Part shown: positions 10,356-21,863 of the stretch, one piece after another
Position numbering within the stretch: the first letter of the stretch is position 1
How the letters are laid out: each line of letters opens with the position of its first letter
DNA from: a virus
Length of the DNA: 64,000 nt
Reading direction: 5' to 3' (one strand)
IMG/VR virus record: IMGVR_UViG_3300048851_000105
Coordinates: 32,001 to 96,000 of that record
Made by a program: the position numbers and the translations under genes
The notes under the pieces: model-generated
What the model was told of the DNA's origin: nothing
Database searches by the model: none
What the model saw: only the letters and a program-made list of their open reading frames with translations

Positions 10356-11087
10356 ATGAGCGAGCCGAGTCTCCCCATCGTCGGCATCGGTGGGCTGAAG
10401 GAGAGCGGCAAGGACGCGTTCGCGAGCCGCCTGGTGCGGGCGCACGGCTACCGCATACGAGGGATGAGCAACGTCCTCGACGAGATGCTCTTGGCCGTCA
10501 ACCCGCACATCGTCATCCGAGAGGGCGAGCCCGCGTTCGACATCCCCACCGGCGCCGACGTCGAGGGCAGAACAGCCGCGGTCGTGCAGTATCGAGACCT
10601 GCGCGCCTACATCTCGTACGACGAGTCCAAGAAGATTCGGGACGTACGCGAGCGCCTTCAGGGTCTAGGCACCGAGGGCGGCCGGGAACTCATCGACGAG
10701 CAGGTGTGGGTCGACCTGGCCAAGCAGAGCGCTGGTCGCATCGCAGACCGCAACTGGGACGAGGGCTACCCCACCGTCATCACGGGCATCCGCTACCCCA
10801 ACGAGTGGGAGATGATCCAGAAGCGGAACGGCGTGCTCATCTGGGTCGACCGGCCCGAGATCACCGAGCGCCACCGGATCGCACAGGCCAAGGGCGACTC
10901 GACCGCGCTGCACTCCAGTGAGAACACCCTCACCGCCGACGACTTCGACATCGTGATCACGAACGATCACGACCTGGAGCACCTGTATGACGAGGCGGAC
11001 GTGTTCGTCTCCGAGGCCCGAGGGGCACAGCAGTCGCTGGAGTTCCTCGCACGTGCGCTGACCAACTACGACCCGGAAGACATCTGA
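10356..11087 (+). CDS. Deoxynucleoside monophosphate kinase
   Basis: IVGIGGLKESGKD, RERLQGLGTEGGR, VITGIRYPNE, HSSE. Confidence 0.85.
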   Translation: MSEPSLPIVGIGGLKESGKDAFASRLVRAHGYRIRGMSNVLDEMLLAVNPHIVIREGEPAFDIPTGADVEGRTAAVVQYRDLRAYISYDESKKIRDVRERLQGLGTEGGRELIDEQVWVDLAKQSAGRIADRNWDEGYPTVITGIRYPNEWEMIQKRNGVLIWVDRPEITERHRIAQAKGDSTALHSSENTLTADDFDIVITNDHDLEHLYDEADVFVSEARGAQQSLEFLARALTNYDPEDI

Positions 11088-12207
11088 TGGCCAACGCACC
11101 TACCTGGACGATCGCAGGTACGCTCACCATCGAGTCCGGCAGCACCTACGAGGACGGCACGTCTATTCAGGCCACGCTCGTGCTTCGAGCAGAGAGCGCT
11201 GTGGCGGCCATCGTGGCCTTCAAGGACTCACTGACGTGCGGCGCGGACTACGCCATCACGTCCGTCGTACAGGCACGCTGAGCGCGGAGAGGCGTACCAC
11301 AGGCATGACTGAGCAGATCACTGACACCACAATCGAGAGCCGCCCCGGCGACCTCTACCGCATCGAGGAGCCCGACTTTTCGTTCTTCGTCCGCGAGTGG
11401 CGGGAGGCCGACCCGAGCGCGCCGGTCATCATGTTCTCGATGATCGACAAGAGTCACGAGCCCCCCATCTTCGCTCGTGAGAAGCGAGTGGTGGGAATCC
11501 GTGACGGCAACGTCGACGGCGATCGAGCGAACGCCCTGAGCCGAGCCGCTCTCGTGCTTCACGTGGCTCTGCTCTACCGCGGCGTGACTCAGGACGTCGC
11601 GAGCAGTCGAGCGCAGGAGGTGCTCGCTCTCTGATGGACGCCATCACACGGCCCAACGGCAAGGTCTACCGGCCGCGCAAGCCTCCCGTGGCGCAGACCC
11701 TCTGGTACGAGGACGAGGGCATACACGCAGTCCTCGTGTTCGGCACTCATGATCCTGTCGTCGCACGTCCACTCGCCGAGGCAGCCGTGCAGGCCGCGGT
11801 CGACGAGTTCTACAGCGGCATCGCCGTTTCGTTCACCGACATCGAGGCACCGCGCCTGGTCTGGTACGGCACACAGATCGCTGGCACGAACGACGATGGC
11901 TCTCTTCGCGTCACGTACGGTCCCGATGCCGAGCGCGGCCGACCCGCTGTGCTCTGGGACGTGCACGAGGAGGATGCGTAGTGAGCGACCTCGACGACCT
12001 CATCATCGACGCGTTCGAGGAGCGCACGCCCTACCCCGAGCCCGTGTTCCGTACGGTCAGTGAGGCATGGGGCATTGATCGACACGGCTACATCAACGCG
12101 TACAGCGATCAGAGCACCCCGATCTTCTTCGACATCGTCCAGAGCCATAACGATGCCGTGATGTCCCGACTGGTCGAGGAGTTCGGCGTCGAGAACGAGC
12201 CGAGGAC

Positions 12208-13266
12208 GTGGTGACCTACACCGACCAGAGCATCATGCTCATCGGCGACCTGCACTTCAGGGACACGCCCCCGCGCAACGCCACGGACACGTACGTCGAC
12301 GACCTCTTCGACCTCCTCGACTGGACGATCGACTATGCCGTCGACAACAAGATTCGGACGATCGTGTGGGCCGGGGATATCTTCGACCACAAGCAGCCGA
12401 GCCGCACTAGCCATGCGCTCGTGCTCCGTCTCGTGTCACGTGTGAAGGAGATCATCGCCGCGGGTATCGAACTCATCATCGTCGTCGGCAACCACGACAT
12501 CTCGAATGACGTGGTCGAGAGCGCGTTCACCAAGCAGCCGCTCGCTCTCCTCTACGCCGCGGGCGCCAAGGCTCTCGATGGCTGGCACGACACGCTCCCC
12601 CTCTACGGCATCCCGTGGCAGCAGCGCTGGCACGCGCCCGGCGTCCTCGACACCGTGTTCGAGCGTTACCGCACAGCGTTGGGCCGAGACGAGACCGACA
12701 CGCCTGGCGTATCGAGCATGGAGGAGTCACCCGAGCAGACACTCGTGGTCACGCACGCGAGCATCTTCCCCGATGACCTGCACCGAGACATCATGTACGA
12801 GGCCTTCAGCGCCTCTGAGGTGGCCGAGGCCATGTCCGGAGCAGGGAACCTCTACCACGGGCACATCCACGACGACCACGGCGTCTACGAGGCCGGTGGA
12901 GTGCAGTTCTGCAATCCCGGCGCCCTGAGCCGAGGCAGTGCGAGCGAGAGCAACATCACGCGCACCATCCACCTCGCCGTCTGGACACCACCGCGGACGT
13001 ACGACGCTGACGGCTGGACGGATGGCGGCTTCGACATCGTCGACATCCCGATCGCCAAGAGCGCCGAGGAGACGTTCCGACTGGAGAGCGTGCGCGAGCA
13101 CCAGAGCAACCAGAAGACGCTGGAGCGGTTCCTCGCCGGGCTGGGCTCCACCGTGTTGGACATCACCGACCGACACGCCGTCGTCCGTCACATCCGTGAG
13201 AGGCAGGACATCAGCCCTCGTGTCCGTGAGAGAGCCATCGAGATGCTGGAGGCGCAGGATGCGTAA
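12208..13266 (+). CDS. SbcD/Mre11-family metallophosphoesterase nuclease
   Basis: IGDLH, AGDIFD, VGNHD, VTH, GHIH, NPGALSR motifs. Confidence 0.9.
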   Translation: MVTYTDQSIMLIGDLHFRDTPPRNATDTYVDDLFDLLDWTIDYAVDNKIRTIVWAGDIFDHKQPSRTSHALVLRLVSRVKEIIAAGIELIIVVGNHDISNDVVESAFTKQPLALLYAAGAKALDGWHDTLPLYGIPWQQRWHAPGVLDTVFERYRTALGRDETDTPGVSSMEESPEQTLVVTHASIFPDDLHRDIMYEAFSASEVAEAMSGAGNLYHGHIHDDHGVYEAGGVQFCNPGALSRGSASESNITRTIHLAVWTPPRTYDADGWTDGGFDIVDIPIAKSAEETFRLESVREHQSNQKTLERFLAGLGSTVLDITDRHAVVRHIRERQDISPRVRERAIEMLEAQDA

Positions 13267-15373
13267 CCACCGAGACGACGCCGTCAACTGGTTCGCGCGC
13301 ATGGACGGCGTCGTGCACGCAGCCGAGCAGGCTCTACAGAAGCACGGCGCGGATTCTCCTCAGTATCGAGCCACCCTCGCCCACTGGACGGAACTTCAGT
13401 GGGAAGAGCCTCCTATCCCGCGGAACGTCATCTGGCAGACGTTCCGAGCCGAAGAGGAGCCCCGACACGGACTGACCTCGATCACGTTCACAGCCAAGCG
13501 TGTGTTCGGCTACTGGCATCTGCCCGGGCGCGGCTTCCTGAAGCACGAGCAGCACGTTCGAGACCTGTGGGCGGCGCTGGCAGCGCGAGAGTTCGAGAAG
13601 GACCGAGAGAGACGAGAGCAGCGCGCATGACGTACGACATGAACAACCCCGACCCCGCCAAGTCGATTACGTGGGTTGCTGATGGTGATGGCTACCGGCA
13701 ACTCACCTGGCAGGAGAAGTGCGAGCAGTTGGAGGCCGAGAACCGGCGCCTCCAGGGCTTCGCTCGCATGATCCGAGACCTGAGTCGCAACGAGTACGGA
13801 CGGCATGAGGGTGATGCCGACTTCAACGACCCCACGGGAATCAGCCAGGGGAATCCTCACATCGGTGTGGGTGAGGTGTTCGGCTACTCGATCGGTGGTC
13901 ATCGTCGAGCGTACGCACGGCCGATTCGAGAACTCGAAGGCGACCCCGAGGCGTGGATCGTCGAGGCTACCGACCCAGCACCGCGCTCCGCTGACAGCGT
14001 GGAGATCGTCACCCTCCACCGGGAGCAGCGCGTGGACGTGCCAGGAGATGGGTTCCTCTACGCCGAGGAGGCGACAGGGAGCCGGATCACGATCTTCGTG
14101 AAGGGCAGACCGCTCGTGTTCAACACGCGCCCGGGTACCGTCACCGTGAGGTACGAAAGTGAGTGACGAGGCGCCGCTCATCATCGCCCCAGGCGACGTC
14201 AAGATGACGCGTGAGGCTCTCGCGATGGCGCAGCATCTCCTGAACCACGACGGGCAGCACACGCGCGCAGATCGGCTACAGCACCTCATCGACGAGTGCG
14301 ATCGTCACCGGCCGCTGGGCAGCGATGGCAAGCACGGGAACCTCCACACCTCCACGTGTGGGTGCGAGGACGTCGAGCCTCAGGTGAAGACCACTCCGTG
14401 CCGTTGCGGACACGACCACGATGGGCCTCATCTCTTCTGAGGCACAGCCGACCGTTACAGGCGTACCACAGGCATGACTGTTCAAAGCATGCTCAACGAC
14501 GTCGTCGGTTGGGAGGAGGGGCCGAACGGGCGCACCGTCACGGTGTATGCGCGCGTTTCTGGAAACCGAATCTTCTTCTCTCGCGACGAGGCCATGGTCT
14601 ACCCCGAGCCCGGCACAATCATCCGCGCGTTCCCCTCCACCTATCTGGTCCTAGGACTGGAGCGGATGGTCAACGCTGACGTCCTCCACGTCGAGAAGGT
14701 GATGCCTCGTGGCTAAGGTCCCCGATCCATTGCCGCAGCACTCGCAGGCGGCCCGCGACGAGGCGTACAAGCGCTACCACGACGACGTGAGCGACGAGAC
14801 AGGCGCGAGCATCGACGACTACGGCTACAGCGAGACAGCACGGTCAGCGTTCCTCGCGGGAGTGCAGTGGCAGGCCGAGCGCGTGCGGGCTCTCAGTCAG
14901 AAGCGGGACAGGCTTTGGCTGAAGGTCAACGACCTTGTCGCCGCGGGCCCGGACAACATGGAGGAATACCGCGCGACCTGGGCTGAGTGGATCGCAGCCT
15001 CCAACGCACTCGACGAGGCGCAGCGTGGCTAGGTTCACCGACCCTCGCGCGATCGTTCTGCTCATGGCTAGGGAGATCGACCCGCAGCCCGAGGCGCCTG
15101 AGGACGAGGAGTACATCACCGAGTGGGTCCCCGACCACACGTGCGGGGGTCACGGCGATCCAGGGTGCGCGGCATGCTGGGTGCAGACCTACGACGACAC
15201 CGTCGAACGGCAGAACAAGATTCGGAGCACCTGAGCATGGAAGCAGTAGCCATCGCAGCCGTCACCGTCGTCCTCGTGGCGTTCGGCATCTGGCTGGACA
15301 ACCTCAGTCGACGCGTGCAGGCACTCGAACGGGCAGCAGAGCACGACGACGAGACCGAGAAGGAGAATCCCTC

Positions 15374-16633
15374 ATGAGACCGATCGAGGTGTACGCCCTG
15401 GCGATCACGATCCTCCTGGGTATCAGCATCATCATGGGCATGCGCGGCGTCATCGGCAGACGATGCAGCGCACGGACCTACTACCGAGCGTGGAGCAAGA
15501 CCCTCAGGTGTGAGAAGTTCCACAAGCACGAGGGACCCCACCGATCCGGTCGATGCGAGTGGTCCGCAGACATCAAGGTAGACGCGCGGCCGCCGTTGGC
15601 AATCGCGCCGGGTGTCCCCGCTCATCTCCTGAAGAACACCGAGCCCGCCGAGCAGCCGATCGATCCGAACAACACGATCACGGCCAGGCTGAAGCGCATC
15701 GAGACAGCGGTCAACGACACGCTCACCCACATCACGAAGGCGGCACCCAGGCTTTTGGACGACGAGCCTGGAGCGCCCAAGAGCATGTCCAAGCGCCTCT
15801 CCCCGGACGAGGTGGCCGAGTGGGCGGTGAAGCGCTGGAACAACAGGCACTCCATTGGCACTCGCGTGCACCTGAAGTCCGAGCCGCCGACGCCGAGGCG
15901 CACACAGTCCAGGGCCTACGTCGATCCCACGGGCAGTGCTCTGGTCCGCGTCTCGAACATCGCCGTGCCGGTCGACATCGACGACCTCATCGTGATCGAG
16001 AAGCGAGAGGAGCCGGAGAAGTTGTCGCAGCAGGAGGACGCCAAGCGCTGGAATGAGAAGTTCCCCATCGGCACCCCCGTGCGGATGGAGTCTGACCCGC
16101 ACACGGTCAGGCGCACGACCACGCTGGCTCACGTCGCTCTGAGCGGACGAGCAGTCGTGCACATCACGGACTACCCCCACGCCGTGATGGTTCGACGACT
16201 GTGGGTCCAGCGTGAGCAGCCGGAGCCCTACCGGCCGTCCCCGTTCGCGGCCAGAGTGCTGAAGGCCAAGCGGGAGGGCACGCCCCCGGCCTATGCGCGT
16301 TTCATGAATCGAACGCCCAATCCCTCACAGGGACAGGCAGGGACTCTGTTCATCCCACCAGGCCTCGTGACCGCGCACGCTCACAACCCAGCCACGGAGG
16401 ACCCGCGCTACTTCGACGGGACCACGCCTCCCGTCGTCAAGCCGTGGTACGACCAGAGCATCGTCCGTGCCAACCACGAGGCAATCAAGAAGATTCTGGC
16501 CGAGGGTCCCCTCCGTCCCGAGATCGACCAGTGCACCAGCACCCTGGGTAAGAACCAGAGGTGCGTCAAGCCAGCAGGCCACTTCGACCACAGGCACAGG
16601 GCAGCAGAGGGATGGGAGTGGACAGAGGTATGA
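15374..16633 (+). CDS. Hypothetical membrane-anchored protein with an internal duplication and Cys/His motifs
   Basis: AAGGAG RBS; N-terminal TM; WNNRHSIGTRV / WNEKFPIGTPV repeats; RCEKFHKHEGPH and RCVKPAGHFDHRH. Confidence 0.55.
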   Translation: MRPIEVYALAITILLGISIIMGMRGVIGRRCSARTYYRAWSKTLRCEKFHKHEGPHRSGRCEWSADIKVDARPPLAIAPGVPAHLLKNTEPAEQPIDPNNTITARLKRIETAVNDTLTHITKAAPRLLDDEPGAPKSMSKRLSPDEVAEWAVKRWNNRHSIGTRVHLKSEPPTPRRTQSRAYVDPTGSALVRVSNIAVPVDIDDLIVIEKREEPEKLSQQEDAKRWNEKFPIGTPVRMESDPHTVRRTTTLAHVALSGRAVVHITDYPHAVMVRRLWVQREQPEPYRPSPFAARVLKAKREGTPPAYARFMNRTPNPSQGQAGTLFIPPGLVTAHAHNPATEDPRYFDGTTPPVVKPWYDQSIVRANHEAIKKILAEGPLRPEIDQCTSTLGKNQRCVKPAGHFDHRHRAAEGWEWTEV

Positions 16634-17373
16634 GCATCAGAACCCTATTAGGGCAACTCTCTCCATTTTCCCATCGTCCCCATTTACCCATGATCACCCC
16701 TGCCGACTCAGTAGCAGCGATTGAGAGGCAGTTCGGCCTACCCCAGCGGCAGCCTCACTCGATTCATGAAATGCAGCCAGCCCTACCCACCCCGGGACCT
16801 CATCCCAGGTGGTTCACCTCCCCGGGTGACTTCTCCGTCATCACTCCCCACAGCACCTATCGCCGCAAGCAGTGGACCACCCACGATGAGTCCACGTGCC
16901 AGGTAGACCACAGCATCCCTCTCCAGCCCACCCATACCGTACGGACGGGAGACTACGGGGTCTCTGTGCCAGCAGCAGAGTTCTCCCCGGGGGCAGAGGG
17001 GATCACGGAGTTCATCGAGATGCTCGCCGAGCGGGACCTCACGGTGGACATGGAGCCCCAGCAGATCGAAGAGAGACTCAGACAGGAGCAGACCCATGGC
17101 GGACCCCACACCCAAGCCGATCGAGGAGATGACCACACGGGAGGTCATCCAGATGATCCGGGACGGGAAGAAGCGACTGGAGGAGAACGGCGCAGCGAAC
17201 CGAGAGCCCTGGGAGCAGCAGCCGGGGGAGGACCTGTCGCTGTATCTGGTGAGGCTCAGGATGAACGCGGGGTACTGGGCCAGTGGGCCGTACAGGATGC
17301 AGCCGGACCGGGAGAGCATGCCCGACGAGGTGGCAGCGATCCTGAGCCCCGGGGTGATCGTGGTGGGGCCCAA

Positions 17374-17439
17374 GCGTCCCTGAGAGGGCACAACAGCCCC
17401 AGCCACACAGGCGCGTCCCTGAGAGGGCACAACAGCCCC
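17374..17439. repeat. 27-bp direct repeat (2 exact copies, degenerate third at about 17452)
   Basis: GCGTCCCTGAGAGGGCACAACAGCCCC at 17374-17400 and 17413-17439. Confidence 0.85.
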
Positions 17440-18310
17440 GATCATGATCGAGCGCCCCTCACAGGGCAGAACCGGTCCGAATACAGGCAGCGGCAAGACA
17501 GCACCCCCGCAGAAAAAGTCGAGGCGCATGCCGTCGTCGACATGCAGAAGGTGTGGGACCTGAGCCAGCCCGGCTTCACGAGATTGACCACAGCAGCCCG
17601 GGCGGTGTGCTGGGAGCACCCTCAGACGGATCGGCTCATCGCCCCCTGGCAGGGAGAGCCTCACCTCATCCGCGAGAGCCCGGCCTACGTCCTCGCAGCG
17701 CTGGACGCGATCGAGCACGACTGGGAGAAGCACTCATGAGCAGGCCGGACTTCGACGAATCCGTGATCGACCCCGAGGCAGCAGGAGAACCGCACATGAT
17801 CGAGACCATCGTCCTCGTAGGCACCGGCGCTCTGTGCGCGCTCGCCGGATTCGTCATCGGATCACTCACCAGCGGGCGCAGGCGATGAGAAGCCTCAGGA
17901 GCGACTACGAGGGCTTGGGGTGGGTCAGCGTACCCGAGAGTGCGGAAATCGTCTCAGACAGGCCCACAGAGCCTCCCACGTGGGGATTCACCCACCGGAC
18001 GCCCCGCAGTCGATACGTCGAGTGCATCGTGTGCGGCAGATCGGGCGCAGGGTGGACCACAGCGACACTGACGCCTCCCGTGCCGCTTCCGCAGACCGGG
18101 TTCTACCGCTGGCAGCGGAAGTGCATGGTCGAGCACACCTGGGAGTGCGCGTGCGGAATCTTCTTCCCGAGTCAGCAGGCGCTCGCCGTCCATGTGGTCA
18201 AGAACTGGCAGTACCACAAGCCCGGACACGGCCGGATGGATCGAGTCGGCAACAAGAAGCATGGGTAAATGGGGAGTTCCCTAACAGGGCAGATGTGTGT
18301 TACAGTAGAC

Positions 18311-18578
18311 ACGTACCAACGGCCAGCCGGTCGAGCGGAGAGTCGTCCATGGACAGGGCGGTGAGATCACCAAAATCCGGAGACCGTTGGGAACGTCCAG
18401 AGGAAGGGCCCTAGGCCGCTGAGCGTCCCGTGACGGGCTCTTCCTCGCCCCCTTACCCAGAGGCCTCAGGGCTGGAGAACTCGCGGACTTGATTGGCCGC
18501 TAATGACGTCTCCGTCCTGAGGCCTCTGCTTTGCCCTCTGAGGGAACTCTCCATTGTGGGGACTTCCCTCAGAGGGCA
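18311..18578 (+). ncRNA. Candidate structured RNA: four hairpin domains after a conserved promoter box
   Basis: CCAACGG/CCGTTGG; GAGGAAGGGCCC/GGGCTCTTCCTC; CAGAGGCCTCAGG/CCTGAGGCCTCTG; TGCCCTCTGAGGGAA/TTCCCTCAGAGGGCA; preceded by GTTACAGTAGACAC with no RBS. Confidence 0.65.
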
Positions 18579-18611
18579 CCCTTATGTGGGTATCCCTGCT
18601 AGGGTAAGCGC

Positions 18612-18926
18612 ATGCAACGAGAGATCAGCCGCATCGACGGCCGTAGACGAATCAAGGTTCCCGACCTGGCGCCGGGCACGCGCGTACGCACAGCAGAGGC
18701 CAATGGCCGCATGGCCGTCGTGCCTGACGAGGCCGGGCCCCTCCGTGCCGACTCCCAGAGCCGCATCACCATCCCCATCGGCAGCAGTGTGGGCATCCCC
18801 GGAGATCACCTCACTGTCGAGCAGCGCCCCAACGGGTTCGTCCTTCAGCGCGCGATCGTGGTCACGTTCCAGGACATCGGCCCGGAACTCTGGGCTACCC
18901 TCACAGGGCAGAGCGAGCAGGAGTGA
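18612..18926 (+). CDS. Second tandem AbrB/MraZ-like protein
   Basis: RIDGRRRIKVP..PGTRVR and RADSQSRITIP..PGDHLTVE repeats; same architecture as 8033-8344. Confidence 0.6.
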   Translation: MQREISRIDGRRRIKVPDLAPGTRVRTAEANGRMAVVPDEAGPLRADSQSRITIPIGSSVGIPGDHLTVEQRPNGFVLQRAIVVTFQDIGPELWATLTGQSEQE

Positions 18927-18951
18927 CCCCCTACCCTGTTAGGGTAAACAC

Positions 18952-19103
18952 GTGCACCTCAGGCAGGCGCGCAGGATCGTGACCGGCCTGTCTGAGAACA
19001 GATGCTCACTGCGACAGATAGTGGGGCGGCGTAAGCCCTGAGGTGCACCTCTGTCGTCGGCGCCAATGGTCGATTCTCGAATTCGGCGAGCGCCACGACA
19101 GGC
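18952..19103 (+). ncRNA. Candidate multibranch structured RNA
   Basis: GTGCACCTCAGG/CCTGAGGTGCAC closes CAGGC/GCCTG, GCTCACT/AGTGGGGC and GGC-GTAA-GCC; then CTGTCGT.GGCGC/GCGCC.ACGACAG. Confidence 0.55.
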
Positions 19104-19118
19104 CTGGGAGGGGGAGCA

Positions 19119-19222
19119 TGCCGGGCGGTGGGATTTGAACCCACGGAGCGCTACGCGAGCGCTCACCGTATCCCGGCGCGATCGTCCGGGGGCTCACCTT
19201 AGGCCGCTCAGACACGCCCGGC
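19119..19222 (-). tRNA. tRNA-Ser-like (type II) RNA with an aberrant enlarged anticodon arm; probably non-decoding
   Basis: Minus strand: acceptor CCGGGCG/CGCCCGG, D arm TCTGAGCGGCCTAAGG, variable arm GAGCGCT/AGCGCTC, T arm GTGGG-TTCAAAT-CCCAC; GGA at the anticodon position but the loop is about 15 nt; no CCA. Confidence 0.7.
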
Positions 19223-19347
19223 ATGCGACCCCGAGTGTAGCAGGGGGGGGGGAGGGTTCCCCGCGCAGGGTGGGCCTGTCAGACCCCTCATCGCTGGTTC
19301 ACCGTCCGGACTCGGGGCCGGAATCCCTGCTAGGACCTCCTCTCTAC

Positions 19348-19434
19348 GTTACTATTGTAACACGTCACTGGTGTAACACCTAATCCTGAGCAGAGTAGAG
19401 GTTTCCTCTGTAACCTGTTACAGTAGACACGTAC
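19348..19434. promoter_or_regulatory. Divergent promoter region with multiple GTNAC boxes
   Basis: GTTAC TATT GTAAC, GTCAC TGGT GTAAC, GTAAC CT GTTAC AGTA GACAC. Confidence 0.7.
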
Positions 19435-21809
19435 CGAGGAAAGGACACCCCATGGCCTACTGGAACGGCGACGAGCCGGAGCCCGTGAAACCCCACCCCG
19501 TCTACCAAGGCGGCCCGTGCCCTGAGTGCGGCGCCCCTCGCGGCCACCAGAACCCCTGGTGCTACTCGTACGATCTGACCTGAGAGGACAGACCAATGAA
19601 GCGTTTCGCCGTCATCAATACCGAGACGGGCAATCTGAGCCCGCAGTCGTTCGACAGCCAGGCTGAAGCCGAGGCCGTCCGCGACGAGTGGAATGCCGCC
19701 TACAAGCCGCAGTTCCAGACCAACGAGGTCGTCGAGTTCGTCATCCTCCCCCGCAAGGCGGCCTGACCATGGCAATCACACTGGAGATTCTCCGAGCCGC
19801 CATCATCAAGGAGGACATCTGCCCCGTGGAGGAGTTCGACGATCTCATCGCCGACATCCGCACGCAGGCCCACGAAGGCGGCATCGACGCCGCACATGCC
19901 GGGTTCTGAACGCGCCGCGGCCGACCTCCCCCCCCCGATCGACGAGAGAGAAGATTCCTCATGACCATCCACAACGATCCCTACGCCGACCTCCCCGAGG
20001 GTATCCCCACGGGGGACTACCTCGATCGCAGCGGAGGCGAGCCCCTCATCGTCGGCGGCCCGTACGACGCAGAGATGGCCGAGCGAGCCGCGATCCAGGC
20101 GGATGCTGAGAACGAGCGCGATGGGTACCGTGACTGACACCGTCCTGTTCTTCATGGTCGAAGGACCGTTCGACGGCGAGACGCGCATGCTCCCCAAGGA
20201 CGTCTCGCACCTTCAAGTGACGCGCATGACGCAGGAGGGGCACCTCACCCTGTCCGGGCTGTATCTCCCCGCAGTGCGGATGCCGTCCGGAGATCGGGCC
20301 ATGCTGTGGCTAGCGGACGAGGATTAGAGAAATCCTCCAGTCACGTGTTACACTAGACACGTAAGGAAGAGGAGGCCCCAAATGGTCCAGGTAGCAGAAG
20401 CCCCAGTCGTCAAGATGGTCCACCACTGCCGCGAGTGCGGCAAGGAACTGGCCTACGTGCCCTTCTACGGCCCCGAATACGGTCACATGATGCCTCACGA
20501 CCTGCCCGCCGAGTTCGTCCACGCAGACGGCCCCCAAGGCCACCCCGCTGAGCCCCGCGCCTATTGCCGCGAATGCCAGATCGAGGGTGTCGGCGCCTGC
20601 CAGCACTGGGGAGCAGGACCGTGGCACTGACCGGAGGCATGCGGGTCCACTACAGCGACCGCGCCGACACGGTCACCCGCTACGGGATGACCTCCATGGC
20701 TCAGGTGATCCTGGCCATCCACGACGACGAATCTTCTGTCGTCGGCTACAGCCTCGAAGGAAGGGACTACTGATGGACACGTTCAAGCCCGGCGAGAAGG
20801 TCCGCATCGGCAAGGGCATCCGCGAGTGGGAGGTCGTCAACGACTTTCGCGATCGGGATATCCCCCTCGTGGTTCTCCGCACCCACGCTGTGCGCCGCAT
20901 GACGCGCACCCTGCTCGGGGACAGGCAGATCGCCCGTCTGGGGAGGGTCCAGTGACCATGAGCATCACCGAGGCGCCTGTCCTCCTGACGATCGCCAGCG
21001 GCGGGCACTGGATTCCTGTCCCTCGATCGACTCTCCTCGCAGCCGTGCGTACTGCCAACGCGATCGACACGCGCCCCTCGACCTTCGACCGCGCGCCCCG
21101 CTTCTGGGTGCCCGTCAAGCGCTACCGTGTCGCCCAGGAGGCCGGGAAGGTGCATGTCACGAGCGAGGGCAAGACGCTCTACACGAGCGACACCCATGCG
21201 GAAGCGTGGGCATGGCTGAGCGCAGGAGGAGTGCTGTGAGCGACCCCACACCCACCCCCCTGGAAATCATCCAGAAGTCACTGGACCGGGCGCCGTCAAA
21301 CGCGCGTACCGCACGGCGCATCCTGATCGACCTGGAGCGCGCGGGCTACGTCGTCCGCGAGCAGGCGCCTACGCCCCTGAATGAGCGCATCGTCCTCATC
21401 GGCCGGGACATGCGCGAGTGGTTCACCGCGAAGTCCGACGCGATCCTGGACCGCATCCAGACGAGCACGACTCAGGACGTCATGCTCTACCACGACGCAG
21501 TTGGCGTTCTCGTGGCCGCACGCCAACTGGTGGAACTGACGGCTCAGGGCACCCTGGAGGGGGAACTCACCCCCGAGCAGCAGCGTGCCCTCTCAGGGGA
21601 GCGCGAGGTGACCGGGTGAGCAGGCGGCGCCGAACCCCCGCAGAGATGGCCGTCGTCCACCTGGGGCGCGCTCTGAGTAGCCTCATCCGCAGCGGGCTAG
21701 GCGAATCGTCTCCCCAGTACACGAAGGCCATTCGACTGGTCGCTGAAGCGAGCGATGCTCTCCTGGACGCGATCGAGAGCGGCGAGCCTGAGGACTAGAG
21801 GTTTCCTCT

Positions 21810-21863
21810 GTCACGTGTTACAGTAGACACGTACCGATTCTCCGCTTCTGGAAGGAGCACCCC
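21810..21863 (+). promoter_or_regulatory. Repeated promoter/operator plus 5'UTR cassette
   Basis: GTCACGTGTTACAGTAGACACGTAC then CCGCTTCTGGAAGGAGCACCCC-GTG. Confidence 0.75.

Noticed and set aside
17374-17473. Possible CRISPR array
   Set aside because: Only two exact repeats with a 12-nt spacer; no cas operon
19243-19252. G10 homopolymer as a phase-variation tract
   Set aside because: Non-coding, within a stem-flanked region; no evidence of length variation from one sequence
19238-19332. Hammerhead ribozyme, and 9-10-nt rRNA matches
   Set aside because: No CUGANGA/GAAA core; the matches are too short to mean anything
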